Below, in pieces: positions 20,021 through 30,690 of a stretch of DNA of 64,000 bases; position 1 is the first letter of the stretch, and each line of letters opens with the position of its first letter. Source of the DNA: a virus (lineage: Duplodnaviria > Caudoviricetes); IMG/VR virus record IMGVR_UViG_3300031998_000031, positions 32,001 through 96,000 of that record; one strand, written 5' to 3'. The position numbers and the translations under genes were made by a program. The notes under the pieces are model-generated. The model ran no database searches, was not told the DNA's origin, and saw nothing but the letters and a program-made list of their open reading frames with translations.

Positions 20021-21967
20021 ATGAGTTGGTATAGAGGCGGTACGCCTACACAGGTTTTCAAGTTTTATCTTAAAAAGGTAACGGGAGAATGCGAAGAGGC
20101 TGAGGTCCATGTAGCGCCGTTTGACATGTCTATATTCGATGATTTTGTCATCACGTATAGTCAGAACGGCACGACTGTCATAGAAAAGCATAAGGCTGAT
20201 TGTACGGTCGACCAGAACGAGGTATCGTTCAAGTTCACGCAGCAGGAGACGTTCCTCTTCGATGCTTCCGCGCCCGCAAAGATTCAGTTCCGGGGCGTTA
20301 CCGGCAAAGGCGAAGTGGCCACTACTCAGGTCCAAAAGCGCAGTGTAAAGAACGTGCTGAATGAGCAAGTCATAGGTCACGACCTTCAGATAGATGCAGG
20401 GACCGGCTCTCCGTCGGCTTCGGATGTCGATTTCGTATTCGAGGAAAAAGAATATATCGAGATGGATTTGGAGGATATAAGCGTCCTCACAGAGACCGTC
20501 CATGACAAGCTGGGCAACAGGGATATACCCGACCAGCACCCGATATCCGCTATCACCGACCTTACAGAATCCTTGGAGGCGAGGCCGCTTAAAGAGGATA
20601 CGGTATCGTCTATCACTCTTGAGGATACGACCTTTACTGTCACGATGGCGAACGGGGATACTGAGACGTTCGACCAGAAGTGGCAACCTAACACCGCGTC
20701 TCAGGAAGGCTACGTTCCTTCAAGCGAGGGCGCGGCGAACAAGGTCTGGAAGACCGATGAGTACGGTGACCCGTCGTGGCAGGATGCTGCTCCAGAGCTT
20801 TCGGCTCAGTCGCCGATAGCGATAGTAAACGGCGATATCGTTCACGAGGACAGCAACGTTACCGCCGGAACGTATGGAGACGCAAATGCTCAGACTCCGG
20901 GGTTCGGCGGTACGTTCAAGGTCACGCGACAGACGGTGGACGCAAAAGGACACGTCACATCGCTGTCCGAGCATACGGTCACGATACCGAACGCTGTTGC
21001 GACTGACCAGAGCGATGGTCTGATGGGAGCGACAGAACATGCGTTGCTTTCAAGCCACGACCAGCAGATTGCAGACATCGAAGGCGTCATCCCAGTTCAA
21101 GCGACTGCTCAGAATCAGCTTGCAGATAAAGAGTTCGTAAACGATAGCATAAATACGTCCCTTGCTCACTTCAGAGGCTCATTTGCGACCTACGCAGCCC
21201 TGATGGCTGTGCAGTGGCAGACATCTAATCCGTCTGGCGCAAATTACGTCTCCAATAATGACTACGCCGTAATCGAAGAGGATGAGACGCATGCCGGGGA
21301 GTCTTGGAGGTACGTCTATGTCTTAGAGCAGGGCGGACAGAATAATGGCTGGCAGCCGCAGTACAAGATAGGCGGCGGCACAGGGGACATGGAGTCCTCT
21401 GTATATGACCCGGAAGGGACCGTGGCAGAGTCCGGCGGCATACCCGAATATGTGGCCGAGCACGCGCAGGCTGCACTGACGTTCGACGACAACCCGCAGC
21501 CCCAGAGCGATAATCCTGTAAAATCAAGCGGCATCTACGCATCCCTTTTGAATAGGCAGGCGTCTATCTGGTCCACGACCGTTACGCTCTCTACATCGTG
21601 GTCCGGTGACGACCCTTACTCTCAGGCTATATCCGTAAGCGGGACCACCGTGAACAGTATGGTGGACATCGTTTCCGATAACGCTCTCATCGACCAGATG
21701 ATTGCCGACGGCACCATGGCTATGTGGATTGAGAACGATAACGGGAGCCTTACAGTCAAAATCACCGGCGCAGAGCTTACAGCTGCCGTGACGCTCACAC
21801 TTGTCATCATAGAGATAGGTAGCGTCGCCCCGTCTCAGTACAACAGCAGCAACGAGGTCGTGTCGCATAAGGTGACCTCAATCACGAGTGCGTCCACAGA
21901 CGTAGAGTATCCGTCTGCAAAGGCGGTATGGACGCTGTTCAATTCGATAACCAATGCAAATGAGTAG
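20021..21967 (+). CDS. tail fibre/baseplate-upper (BppU-like N-terminus) protein
   Basis: YRGGTPT start, DQHPISAITDL, VDAKGHVT, GDMESSVYDP fibre motifs. Confidence 0.65.
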   Translation: MSWYRGGTPTQVFKFYLKKVTGECEEAEVHVAPFDMSIFDDFVITYSQNGTTVIEKHKADCTVDQNEVSFKFTQQETFLFDASAPAKIQFRGVTGKGEVATTQVQKRSVKNVLNEQVIGHDLQIDAGTGSPSASDVDFVFEEKEYIEMDLEDISVLTETVHDKLGNRDIPDQHPISAITDLTESLEARPLKEDTVSSITLEDTTFTVTMANGDTETFDQKWQPNTASQEGYVPSSEGAANKVWKTDEYGDPSWQDAAPELSAQSPIAIVNGDIVHEDSNVTAGTYGDANAQTPGFGGTFKVTRQTVDAKGHVTSLSEHTVTIPNAVATDQSDGLMGATEHALLSSHDQQIADIEGVIPVQATAQNQLADKEFVNDSINTSLAHFRGSFATYAALMAVQWQTSNPSGANYVSNNDYAVIEEDETHAGESWRYVYVLEQGGQNNGWQPQYKIGGGTGDMESSVYDPEGTVAESGGIPEYVAEHAQAALTFDDNPQPQSDNPVKSSGIYASLLNRQASIWSTTVTLSTSWSGDDPYSQAISVSGTTVNSMVDIVSDNALIDQMIADGTMAMWIENDNGSLTVKITGAELTAAVTLTLVIIEIGSVAPSQYNSSNEVVSHKVTSITSASTDVEYPSAKAVWTLFNSITNANE

Positions 21968-21975
21968 AGTTTCTG

Positions 21976-22131
21976 ATGGCAAACGTTCTTTTTGAAGAAA
22001 ACAGTTTGAGCGCGATAGCCTCTGCGATACGTGCAAAGAACGGGCTTTCGACTACATATAGGCCGTCAGAGATGGCTGCTGCCATTACTGCGATTCCAAG
22101 CGGTGGCGGCGATGTAACGATAGAGCTATAA
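21976..22131 (+). CDS. small stand-alone module protein (51 aa; not in ORF track)
   Basis: MANVLFEENSLSAIASAIRAKNG...YRPSEMAAAITAIP is homologous to the N-termini of the ORFs at 33374 and 33952. Confidence 0.7.
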   Translation: MANVLFEENSLSAIASAIRAKNGLSTTYRPSEMAAAITAIPSGGGDVTIEL

Positions 22132-22162
22132 GGGCCATACATAAAACAAAAAGGAGCTTTTT

Positions 22163-24928
22163 ATGGGTACATCAGATGTAGTAAGGGTCACATATGGCGG
22201 CTCTCTGATATACGTGGCGGGCGCAGATACGCAGTTCAAACTGGATACTGCCAATAAGCGCTTGACTGAAGATGTCATCGTTAACGTCGGATATGCCGAA
22301 GATACGCATGACGCGACCATGGACGATGCCGCGCAGCTGCTATCTGGCATTACTGCTTACGCTGGCGGCTCCAAGTATACAGGTACACTTCAGGACTATA
22401 CCGGCTCGATAAACGGTGGAGAAGGCTACATCCCGTACTACAGCGGTGCGTACTATATCGAGCCTACGAGCGAGATTCAGTCGATTTCCACGTCCGGCAT
22501 GTTTATGTCCAGTGACATGACCATCGGACGCGGTGCGCAGCCGTCCGGGACGCTTTCAATCCGCGCAAACGGCACGTACGATGTTACGGACTACGCGAGC
22601 GCAGCGGTCTTGGTGTCTGGCTCAGAGTATTCCTTCGGGACCATCCCGGCTTTATCTTCCACGCCGTCTTCGCTTGTAGATTCAGGCGTAAATATCGGAT
22701 ATAATGCCGCCGATAGTGATTATTATTTAGCGGTCTCCTCATTGAATCTGGCAGGAAAATCAGCCTATGGATTCTATTACAAGGCGGTAGGCAGTACGTA
22801 TTATACTTTTTGCGTAGTATCAGACGAGAATCCTTCACCTGTTTATTACCAAGAAGTTATCGGTGGCACCGCAAGGGGCGTTGGTGCCAAGCAATGTAGT
22901 TATGATTCGCAGAACTATCTGTTCTACGCTTCGGGGATTGGACAGATACGCGATGAATACGTCAATTCGGCATTCCCGGTCTTTGTTGCCCAAACGCAAG
23001 AGGAGGCATTAGCGTCGGGGTTCGCGGCTTACCGCGAATTCATGAATAACACCGCAGAGAGATATTTTGAGGTGTTGATGGGCAACAAGTCCGGCAGTGT
23101 CGTATTTTCCGGGAGCGCGATACGGACGTATGCGGCATACTATGACGCTAACATAACTGCTATTGACGCAAGCTATGCTAAGACTGTAGGGACCGCCGCG
23201 TTTTCAAACTGTTATAGCCTATGTGAAGCTAATATCCCAGTTTGCAGCCAGATTGCCGCGTATGCGTTTTATGGCTGTAGAGAGCTTTCAAGTTTAAATT
23301 GCCCAGCCGTTCAAGAGATTGGCGATTTTGCGTTTTGCGCATGTTACGCATTGAGTGCCATAAGTCTTCCAAGCTGCACAGCTATTGGAAAAGCGGCATT
23401 TGCATCCTGCACCAGCCTTGCGGATATATATATGCCCATGGTTTCCAGTATAGCGAACGCTAATCAATCGACCAGCGGTGCTTTTTACAGTGTGGCACTT
23501 ACAAGTGTTGACCTTCCCGCATGTTCGTATATAGGAAACTATGCTTTTTGCAAGGGTCGTTCTCTTGTGAGCGTACGCGCTTCAGCATGTTCTGTGATTG
23601 GAAACTGCGCATTTCAAAGCTGTTCACTTTTAACTGATGTATATATGCCCAGTTGTGTGTCTGTGGGGATTTTTGCATTCGCGTATTGCTCTTCACTCCA
23701 GAGCATCGATTTACCTGTGTGTGCATCGGTGGCAGCGGGGGCGTTTTCGGTTTGCTCAAGGCTTGTAAGCGTAAGTATCCCGCAGTGTTCTTACGTGGGC
23801 GATAATGCGTTCGCCAATTGTTCCGCGCTCCAATCCATAGAGCTTTCCCTTTGTTCAAGACTCCTTGCTGGGGCCTTCTATAATTGTCGCTCGCTTCAGG
23901 ATGTATCCATACCTTTAGTGAGGTCGATTGGACAAAGCGCATTCTGGAGCGACGCAGCCTTGTCTCGCATCGAGGCTCCTCTTTGCAATACGCTTGATTT
24001 TTTTGCATTCACGTATTGCTCAATGCTTGAATATGTAAGCATGCCTGAGCTTCTGGCTACATCCAGCGGGACTAATTGGAGTACTGGCGCGTTCGCATCG
24101 ACCGGCATATCGAGCGTTGAATTTCCTGCTTTGATGAAAGTAAATGCCTACACATTTGCTTCATGCAAGAGTTTGCAGCAGATATCTTTGCAGTGCTGTG
24201 ACGCTATTATGGGAAGTTGTGCATTTCAGTCCTGTACATCACTTGAGAGCGTGTATCTATTTGGAAATAGCGTGGCTTCGCTGTCAGCAGTGAACGCGTT
24301 TGCCAGTACGCCGATGTCTCTGAGTTCTTATCTCGGCCACTTTGGCTCGATATTCGTTCCGTCAGATGTATATGCCTCCTATTTGACTGCTCAATACTGG
24401 TCGACATATTCATCGCGGCTGGTATCGTGCCCGGTAACTTACGGGAGCAACATAAGCCCGTTCGACGGGGAGGTCACCTTAGAGAATCCTCGCAACGTCA
24501 CGCTTGTGTCGGCATCTTCTACGGATAATGTCTGGAATATATCGCTCTCGGTCGTTACACAGAGCAGTGAGCATGAGGGCGTCAGCATTCCCTTGACCAA
24601 TAACAGAGAGTCTGGCAAGTGGTATCGTCTGGACTTTGACGTATTGATACCATCGGGGACGTCGATAAATGCAAATGCGAACAGACCAATCTTGGCCATC
24701 ATTGCCCATAGTATTACCACCCAAGGTAATACCGCTTATTATCAAAGCCCTGTTTATGCGACAGATACCTTTACGGCAGGGACGCCGAAGCACTATAGTC
24801 TTACCGTAAGCGGTGACGCGGATAAGAGCCTGATTCTTTATCTTGCCGGTATAGCAGATGGTCAGACCAAGACCATCGAGATTACCAACATAACCATGTA
24901 CGAGAAGACGGTAACATTACCGTCGTAA
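22163..24928 (+). CDS. BspA-type LRR protein 1 with extra C-terminal beta domain
   Basis: Many IGxxAFxxCxxL repeats; shared N-terminal module and GSIFVP cap. Confidence 0.85.
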   Translation: MGTSDVVRVTYGGSLIYVAGADTQFKLDTANKRLTEDVIVNVGYAEDTHDATMDDAAQLLSGITAYAGGSKYTGTLQDYTGSINGGEGYIPYYSGAYYIEPTSEIQSISTSGMFMSSDMTIGRGAQPSGTLSIRANGTYDVTDYASAAVLVSGSEYSFGTIPALSSTPSSLVDSGVNIGYNAADSDYYLAVSSLNLAGKSAYGFYYKAVGSTYYTFCVVSDENPSPVYYQEVIGGTARGVGAKQCSYDSQNYLFYASGIGQIRDEYVNSAFPVFVAQTQEEALASGFAAYREFMNNTAERYFEVLMGNKSGSVVFSGSAIRTYAAYYDANITAIDASYAKTVGTAAFSNCYSLCEANIPVCSQIAAYAFYGCRELSSLNCPAVQEIGDFAFCACYALSAISLPSCTAIGKAAFASCTSLADIYMPMVSSIANANQSTSGAFYSVALTSVDLPACSYIGNYAFCKGRSLVSVRASACSVIGNCAFQSCSLLTDVYMPSCVSVGIFAFAYCSSLQSIDLPVCASVAAGAFSVCSRLVSVSIPQCSYVGDNAFANCSALQSIELSLCSRLLAGAFYNCRSLQDVSIPLVRSIGQSAFWSDAALSRIEAPLCNTLDFFAFTYCSMLEYVSMPELLATSSGTNWSTGAFASTGISSVEFPALMKVNAYTFASCKSLQQISLQCCDAIMGSCAFQSCTSLESVYLFGNSVASLSAVNAFASTPMSLSSYLGHFGSIFVPSDVYASYLTAQYWSTYSSRLVSCPVTYGSNISPFDGEVTLENPRNVTLVSASSTDNVWNISLSVVTQSSEHEGVSIPLTNNRESGKWYRLDFDVLIPSGTSINANANRPILAIIAHSITTQGNTAYYQSPVYATDTFTAGTPKHYSLTVSGDADKSLILYLAGIADGQTKTIEITNITMYEKTVTLPS

Positions 24929-24940
24929 CGGTGGAGCATC

Positions 24941-25417
24941 ATGATTAGAGGCAATACTATAACCATAATAAGCAGCGGCATTACGCCATCTGGCAGCCTG
25001 AGCATCACGGAGAACGGGGCGTATGATGTAATGTCATACGCCAGCGCGATAGTAAGCGTTCCGGGCATAGATACGTCGGACGCCACGCTGTCGTCCGGGT
25101 GGCAGATGCTGTCCGGCATTACGGCTTATGCCAGCGGTATAAAATACACTGGTACGTTGGAAGACTACATGGGGTCCGTAAACAGCGGCTCTTGGAGCGC
25201 TCCGATTTACTCTGGCTCATACAGGATAACGCCGACGGATGCGACGCAATCTTTCCCGACGGCGGGAATGTTTATGACCTACGACCTGATAGTGAATCCG
25301 GCGCAGGGCACGGCGCTGAAGACCCACGAGGATTCCGTATTCGACTTTAACGAATGGACGAGGGGCAATGCGTCCGCCTTTTGGCCTAATACTACTGTTG
25401 GCGAGCTTACTGTTTAG
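24941..25417 (+). CDS. module-only paralogue of the LRR array (no LRR)
   Basis: TPSGSLSITENG and DTSDATLSSG-QMLSGITAYASG modules. Confidence 0.75.
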   Translation: MIRGNTITIISSGITPSGSLSITENGAYDVMSYASAIVSVPGIDTSDATLSSGWQMLSGITAYASGIKYTGTLEDYMGSVNSGSWSAPIYSGSYRITPTDATQSFPTAGMFMTYDLIVNPAQGTALKTHEDSVFDFNEWTRGNASAFWPNTTVGELTV

Positions 25418-25428
25418 GAGGGTGAGAT

Positions 25429-26772
25429 ATGGTAACAAGGAATTTTAAGGCTTTATTGGGAAGAGCATTGTGTGTAGTGTCTTCTTACCCAAGTGGTTCT
25501 GAGAATAATAATAAATTTCGAACCAGTTTGCTTGTACATGATATATACAATGGGGCATATTATCTCGTCTCTGTTTCCGCGAGCGGCGTGCAGTCGTTTC
25601 CCGGACAAGTGGTAAATGCTGTGAATGTCGGTGGCAATTACGAAACCAACGGCATCTGGTTGGGTACAGGCAACCGTACGCCCTCCGAGGATGATTATGA
25701 TTTGCAAAGCACTATTACAGCTGGCATTTCAGCGTCCGTATCGGATGTCGTTCCGGGTCTCGATGAAGACGGCGACCCTTGCCTTACTTATACGATAGCT
25801 GTAACTAATACTGGGAGCGATAGCATTACTATATCTGAAGTCGGATACAGACAGAATGCTGCATGTTCGGTTATAAAGGACGTTGAGGCTACAACCAGTG
25901 TGATACGGATGGGTAGGCCCTTGTTGTTAGACCGAACCGTTTTAGAATCTCCCCTAACATTAGCCTCTAACGGAGATGCAGGGAGTATTATTTATACACT
26001 CAAAACTGCGATTAACGGTGCGAGAACAGTTAATGGCGTCAAGATTGTTAGCTGGGAATCCGGGTCCGACGAAGATGTTGCTGCCATGATTGATGCAGCT
26101 CAGCAAGGACTAATAAACCTTCAAACCGATGGCGGATGGCAGCTTGGGATGCAGAGATGGATACATTTAAACGCTTGGGAAGGAGCGAAAAACTCCCACG
26201 AAGCTGAGGATTTAGTTGTTGTTATATCAAGTTTTGATGACTATAATAACTGCGGCGCAGTGATGCAGTTCGACTTTTGCATACTGCCATATTTAGCTGA
26301 GCACATGAACTCAACAAACACAAACACCGGGGGGTATGGTGCATCTGTCATGTATACTACAACTCTTCCGGCTATGGTAAACGCACTGCCCTCTTGGCTG
26401 TCTTCAAGACTGAAGACTTTTTCGGTTCTTGCGTCTGCGGGTTCTGATAGCTCTGAAATAGCCACTGTCGCAAATAATAAATTAGCCTTGCGAAGTGAAG
26501 TGGAGATATTTAATACAACAAGCAGTTCATACCCCGGAGAAGGCTCTCAAATTGCTTTATTTTCTTCTGTGGTTGCTGCGAGCAGGGTTTCTTTGGGGCG
26601 TCTTAGGAGCTGTAAGATTTATCTGACTGCATCTGCGCTTGGCTCGATGTATTGGCTGCGGTCCCCGTCGCGCAGTTCTGTTCGTTTTGCGGTTGGTAAT
26701 GCTGATGGCCTTTCGTCGCTGGCGTATGGCGCATCAAGCAGCTACTACGTCGCCCCCTTCGGCTGTTTATAG
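25429..26772 (+). CDS. DUF6273-like (C-type-lectin-fold) virion protein
   Basis: MNSTNTNTGGY, LALRSEVEIF and YWLRSP...VAPFGCL C-terminus. Confidence 0.7.
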   Translation: MVTRNFKALLGRALCVVSSYPSGSENNNKFRTSLLVHDIYNGAYYLVSVSASGVQSFPGQVVNAVNVGGNYETNGIWLGTGNRTPSEDDYDLQSTITAGISASVSDVVPGLDEDGDPCLTYTIAVTNTGSDSITISEVGYRQNAACSVIKDVEATTSVIRMGRPLLLDRTVLESPLTLASNGDAGSIIYTLKTAINGARTVNGVKIVSWESGSDEDVAAMIDAAQQGLINLQTDGGWQLGMQRWIHLNAWEGAKNSHEAEDLVVVISSFDDYNNCGAVMQFDFCILPYLAEHMNSTNTNTGGYGASVMYTTTLPAMVNALPSWLSSRLKTFSVLASAGSDSSEIATVANNKLALRSEVEIFNTTSSSYPGEGSQIALFSSVVAASRVSLGRLRSCKIYLTASALGSMYWLRSPSRSSVRFAVGNADGLSSLAYGASSSYYVAPFGCL

Positions 26773-26781
26773 GTATATCCC

Positions 26782-27855
26782 ATGAGCATATCAGATATAG
26801 TAAAGGTCGCTTACAGCGGCTCTGTGATATACCGAGCTGGCGGCAACAGCAGTTTTACGCTGAATACATCGCATCGCCTGCTGAAGAGCGACATCGAGTT
26901 TGAAGTCGGCAATGCGACCGATACGACAGACGCCACGCTGTCCAGCTCGATGCAGATGCTGTCTGCGGTCACCGCATACGCGAACGATGTAAAGTATACC
27001 GGCGCGATAGGGACGTATTTGGGAGCGACCAATACCGGCGCGGCGATTCCGTATTACACGGGGACGTATAGCGTTACGCCAGCTGGTGTCCAGCAGACGT
27101 TCGCGACTGCCGGGAAATACTTGTCGCAGGATGTGGTGATAGGCGCGTACTCTTCAATCGGACCGTCGGACCAGTATTTTAGGATTCTTGAAAGGATTGA
27201 CTCTGGGAGCATAGTATACGGCGGTAGCACCGTAAGGCCCTACTTAGCCTTTCAATGCGATACGCTAACCGGTTTTCAGGGGGATAATGTTACCGAGATT
27301 GGCACAAGCGCATTTGATGGATGCCGGTCATTATTTTCTGTCAGTTTTCCAAGTTGCAGGACTATTGCAGCCTATGCGTTCCATGCTTGCTTCATAAGCT
27401 CGATATCTTTTCCCGCCTGTACGAATGTTTCGAATTATGCTTTTGAGTATTGTATGTCTCTTGAGTCTGCATCATTACCTGCCTGCACAGCTCTTGGATA
27501 CTACGCATTTAATGGATGCTACAAGCTATCTTCAATATCGTTGCCTGTTTGCGTGCATGTATCGAACTATGCGTTTGCAAGCTGCTATGCGCTATCGACT
27601 ATCGCGCTTCCATCATGCGCTTCCATTGGGGCATACGTGTTTAGCCGCTGTTATAGTTTAGTGTCGCTAAATCTCTTGGGGTCAAGCATTTGTGTGCTTT
27701 CCAACTCAAACGCTTTTTATTCAACGCCTATTGCGGGTTATACCGCGTCAACGGGTGGCGTTTACGGTTCTATCTATGTTCCTGCGAGCTTGCTTGCATC
27801 CTATCAAGCAGCGACCAATTGGTCTTACTTTAGCTCTCGCTTCGTAGGCGTATAA
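26782..27855 (+). CDS. BspA-type LRR protein 2
   Basis: LRR repeats; GSIYVPASLLASY...WSYFSSRFVGV cap. Confidence 0.85.
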   Translation: MSISDIVKVAYSGSVIYRAGGNSSFTLNTSHRLLKSDIEFEVGNATDTTDATLSSSMQMLSAVTAYANDVKYTGAIGTYLGATNTGAAIPYYTGTYSVTPAGVQQTFATAGKYLSQDVVIGAYSSIGPSDQYFRILERIDSGSIVYGGSTVRPYLAFQCDTLTGFQGDNVTEIGTSAFDGCRSLFSVSFPSCRTIAAYAFHACFISSISFPACTNVSNYAFEYCMSLESASLPACTALGYYAFNGCYKLSSISLPVCVHVSNYAFASCYALSTIALPSCASIGAYVFSRCYSLVSLNLLGSSICVLSNSNAFYSTPIAGYTASTGGVYGSIYVPASLLASYQAATNWSYFSSRFVGV

Positions 27856-27864
27856 GGAGAAGTA

Positions 27865-29121
27865 ATGGGTTTGTCAGATGTTGTAATAATCAAATACGGC
27901 GGTTCGACGATTCACGAGGCTGGATGCAACAGTAATTTTACTCTTAAAACGGCTCAGAAGTGGCTTTCGGATGATATTTTGGTAGAGGTCGGAAATGTTA
28001 TAGATACTTCCGACGCCACTTTGATGAGCGGCGGACAGATGCTGTCCGCCGTTACAGCTTATGCCAGCGGAGTAAAGTATACCGGCACCATCGAATCCTA
28101 CTCAGGCTTGGTTAACGGTTCGCAGTATGACCGTCCGTATTATTCAGGGGAATATAACATCACTCCGATGGCAACGGCACAAAGGCTGTCTACCGCCGGA
28201 AAGATACTGTCTGAGGACGTTGTAGTAAATGCTGTCGAGGTGGACCTATATTTTAACATCATGGCTGGTGCTTCTTATGGAAGCGTGGTGTTTTCATCTG
28301 CATATTTGCCCAGCCACTTTGCTGAGAGCTGCGTTACACTTACTGGATTTCGGGCGGATAATGTTTCGTCTGTTTATTCTGATACATTTCGGAATTGCTT
28401 TAATCTTGAGATTGTTAGTATTCCGAATTGCAATTACATTGACTGCAACGCGTTTGCTTATTGTTCCGCGCTTTCGTCGGTCGACGTCCCAGCCAATAGA
28501 ATTGGGTCCAACGCATTTTTGAGTTGTACGGCTCTTAAAAGTGTTAACTATCCGCACTGTACCATGATATCTTCTTGGGCATTTTGTGGATGTACTGCCC
28601 TTGAGGCGGTATCGTTCCCTGAGTGCGTGAGCATACAAGGAGGCGCATTTTCAGAGGCTGGCCTCAAGGAGGCCTCTTTTCCTTCGTGCACAGCAGTTGA
28701 GTCGTCTGCGTTTACGAGCTGTACATCTCTTAGCCTGATATCTTTCCCAAATTGCTTAAGGGTAAACGGAGACGCTTTCAAGCGCTGCTCGGCTTTAACG
28801 TCTGTGCATCTCCCCAAGTGCGTGGAAATTGACCAAGGGACCTTTTTTATGTGTAGCCTGCTCTCCACGCTTTCGCTTCCGGCAGCTGGGAGGATAAGTA
28901 ATTACGCTTTCCAAGGATGTTATAGGTTGTTGTCTTTGTATCTAATGGCATCGTACGTTTGTCGTATAGATGTCGGAACATTTGCGAGCACGCCAATTGC
29001 TGGCGTAACGACATATACCGGCGGGGTGTACGGAAGTGTTTATGTCCCCGCAAGTTTATTGGCCTCATATAAGGCAAATGGCAGTTGGGCAGCTTTTAGC
29101 GACCGCTTAGTAGGTATTTAA
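27865..29121 (+). CDS. BspA-type LRR protein 3
   Basis: LRR repeats and shared modules. Confidence 0.85.
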   Translation: MGLSDVVIIKYGGSTIHEAGCNSNFTLKTAQKWLSDDILVEVGNVIDTSDATLMSGGQMLSAVTAYASGVKYTGTIESYSGLVNGSQYDRPYYSGEYNITPMATAQRLSTAGKILSEDVVVNAVEVDLYFNIMAGASYGSVVFSSAYLPSHFAESCVTLTGFRADNVSSVYSDTFRNCFNLEIVSIPNCNYIDCNAFAYCSALSSVDVPANRIGSNAFLSCTALKSVNYPHCTMISSWAFCGCTALEAVSFPECVSIQGGAFSEAGLKEASFPSCTAVESSAFTSCTSLSLISFPNCLRVNGDAFKRCSALTSVHLPKCVEIDQGTFFMCSLLSTLSLPAAGRISNYAFQGCYRLLSLYLMASYVCRIDVGTFASTPIAGVTTYTGGVYGSVYVPASLLASYKANGSWAAFSDRLVGI

Positions 29122-29131
29122 GGAGGCTCAA

Positions 29132-30688
29132 ATGAGCGTATCGGATATCGTAAAAGTCAAATATAACGGCTCGGTCATCCACGTTGCTGGAGCTTCGAGT
29201 ACGTTCACCATGAATACCTCAAGCAGGCGGCTTATCGGTGATATAGTCGTGGAGGTCGCCTCTGTATCTGGTACGGGGTCCCTCATATCCAAGTCCATCG
29301 TATCCAACGGCGTATACACTGCTGCAAGCGAGGGCGCAGACGGTTATTCTGTCGTAACGGTCAGTTTGCCACCAGCTACCCTGATTTCGAAGTCGATTAC
29401 CGCTAACGGGACCTATTCCGCATCAGATGAGAGTGCGGACGGCTACTCTGTCGTGACAGTCAGCTTGCCCTCATTCGCGGGACCGTATTCTTTCGCGCCA
29501 TCCACAACGGTGCAGACGTTCGCGACCGCAGGCCTGTTGATGCAGTCCAATGTAACTATCGCGTCCTACACTCCGGGCACCGATACCACTGACGCGACCT
29601 TATCCTCCGGTGCTCAGATGCTCTCAGGCATCACAGCATATGCAAGCGGGGTAAAGTACACCGGCACCATCGAAGAGTATGCAGGCATGGTAAACAGCAG
29701 CCACGATAATATCCCGTATTATAGCGGGAGCGTAAATGGTGGTGCGCCTGATGTGCCCACTTATAGCGGGACCTATTACGCCACTCCATCCAATACGGAG
29801 CAGACGTTCCCGACTGCCGGACTTTTGATGAGTTCTGATTTTACGGTCGCTTCGGTGGCGAGCGGCGGGATAATCCCGACCGGGACCATAAGTATCACCG
29901 AGAACGGCATATATGATATATCGCAGTACGCAAGCGCTAACGTAAGCGTTCCGAGCGGGATTACACCTACGGGAACGCTGAGCATAAATGCGAATGGGAT
30001 ATACACCGTAACAGATTATGCAAGTGTTGATGTAAGCGTTCCCGGCGTGGTTCCTGTGGGAACAAAGGTCATCACGTCCAACGGAAATTATGATGTATCG
30101 AGCTTTGCGAGTGCTACTGTAAACGTCACAAGCAACAACGACGCATTTAAGTCAATGGTCGAAGGAACGCTGACGGCTGCAACGGGTTCAACGGTATCTA
30201 CTATCCGTTCAAATGCTTTTGCGGGTGCCCAGACGCTGACACTTGTAAGTTTTCCTTCCTGCACAAACGTAGGGGCAGGGGCGTTCTATGACTGCACGCA
30301 ACTTGTGTCAGTTTATCTTCCGTCTTGTATTAGCGTTAGTACGCAAGCTTTTGAGGGTTGCTCAGCTCTATCTGATGTTGAGTTACAATCTTGCCGTACA
30401 ATTGATAGATACGCATTTATGGAATGCAGTAATCTGTCAACTTTAACGATTGACGGAAGGTACATTTGGGATTCGGCGTTCCATCTATGCAAAAAACTAC
30501 AGTCTCTGTATCTGACATACGACAGCTGCGGGACGCTTTATGCGAGCAATGCGTTTAAATCAACCCCAATTACGGATTCCTCTTATACGGGTACTTTCGG
30601 CAGCATCTATGTACCAGCAAGTCTTTTAGCCTCATACAAGGCTGCAAATAACTGGTCTTACTTCAGTGATAGATTCGTAGGAGTTTAG
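29132..30688 (+). CDS. BspA-type LRR protein 4
   Basis: Long module stalk followed by LRR and cap. Confidence 0.85.
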   Translation: MSVSDIVKVKYNGSVIHVAGASSTFTMNTSSRRLIGDIVVEVASVSGTGSLISKSIVSNGVYTAASEGADGYSVVTVSLPPATLISKSITANGTYSASDESADGYSVVTVSLPSFAGPYSFAPSTTVQTFATAGLLMQSNVTIASYTPGTDTTDATLSSGAQMLSGITAYASGVKYTGTIEEYAGMVNSSHDNIPYYSGSVNGGAPDVPTYSGTYYATPSNTEQTFPTAGLLMSSDFTVASVASGGIIPTGTISITENGIYDISQYASANVSVPSGITPTGTLSINANGIYTVTDYASVDVSVPGVVPVGTKVITSNGNYDVSSFASATVNVTSNNDAFKSMVEGTLTAATGSTVSTIRSNAFAGAQTLTLVSFPSCTNVGAGAFYDCTQLVSVYLPSCISVSTQAFEGCSALSDVELQSCRTIDRYAFMECSNLSTLTIDGRYIWDSAFHLCKKLQSLYLTYDSCGTLYASNAFKSTPITDSSYTGTFGSIYVPASLLASYKAANNWSYFSDRFVGV

Positions 30689-30690
30689 AT

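Noticed and set aside
25429-26772. Complete diversity-generating retroelement
   Set aside because: No reverse transcriptase or template repeat found in the window
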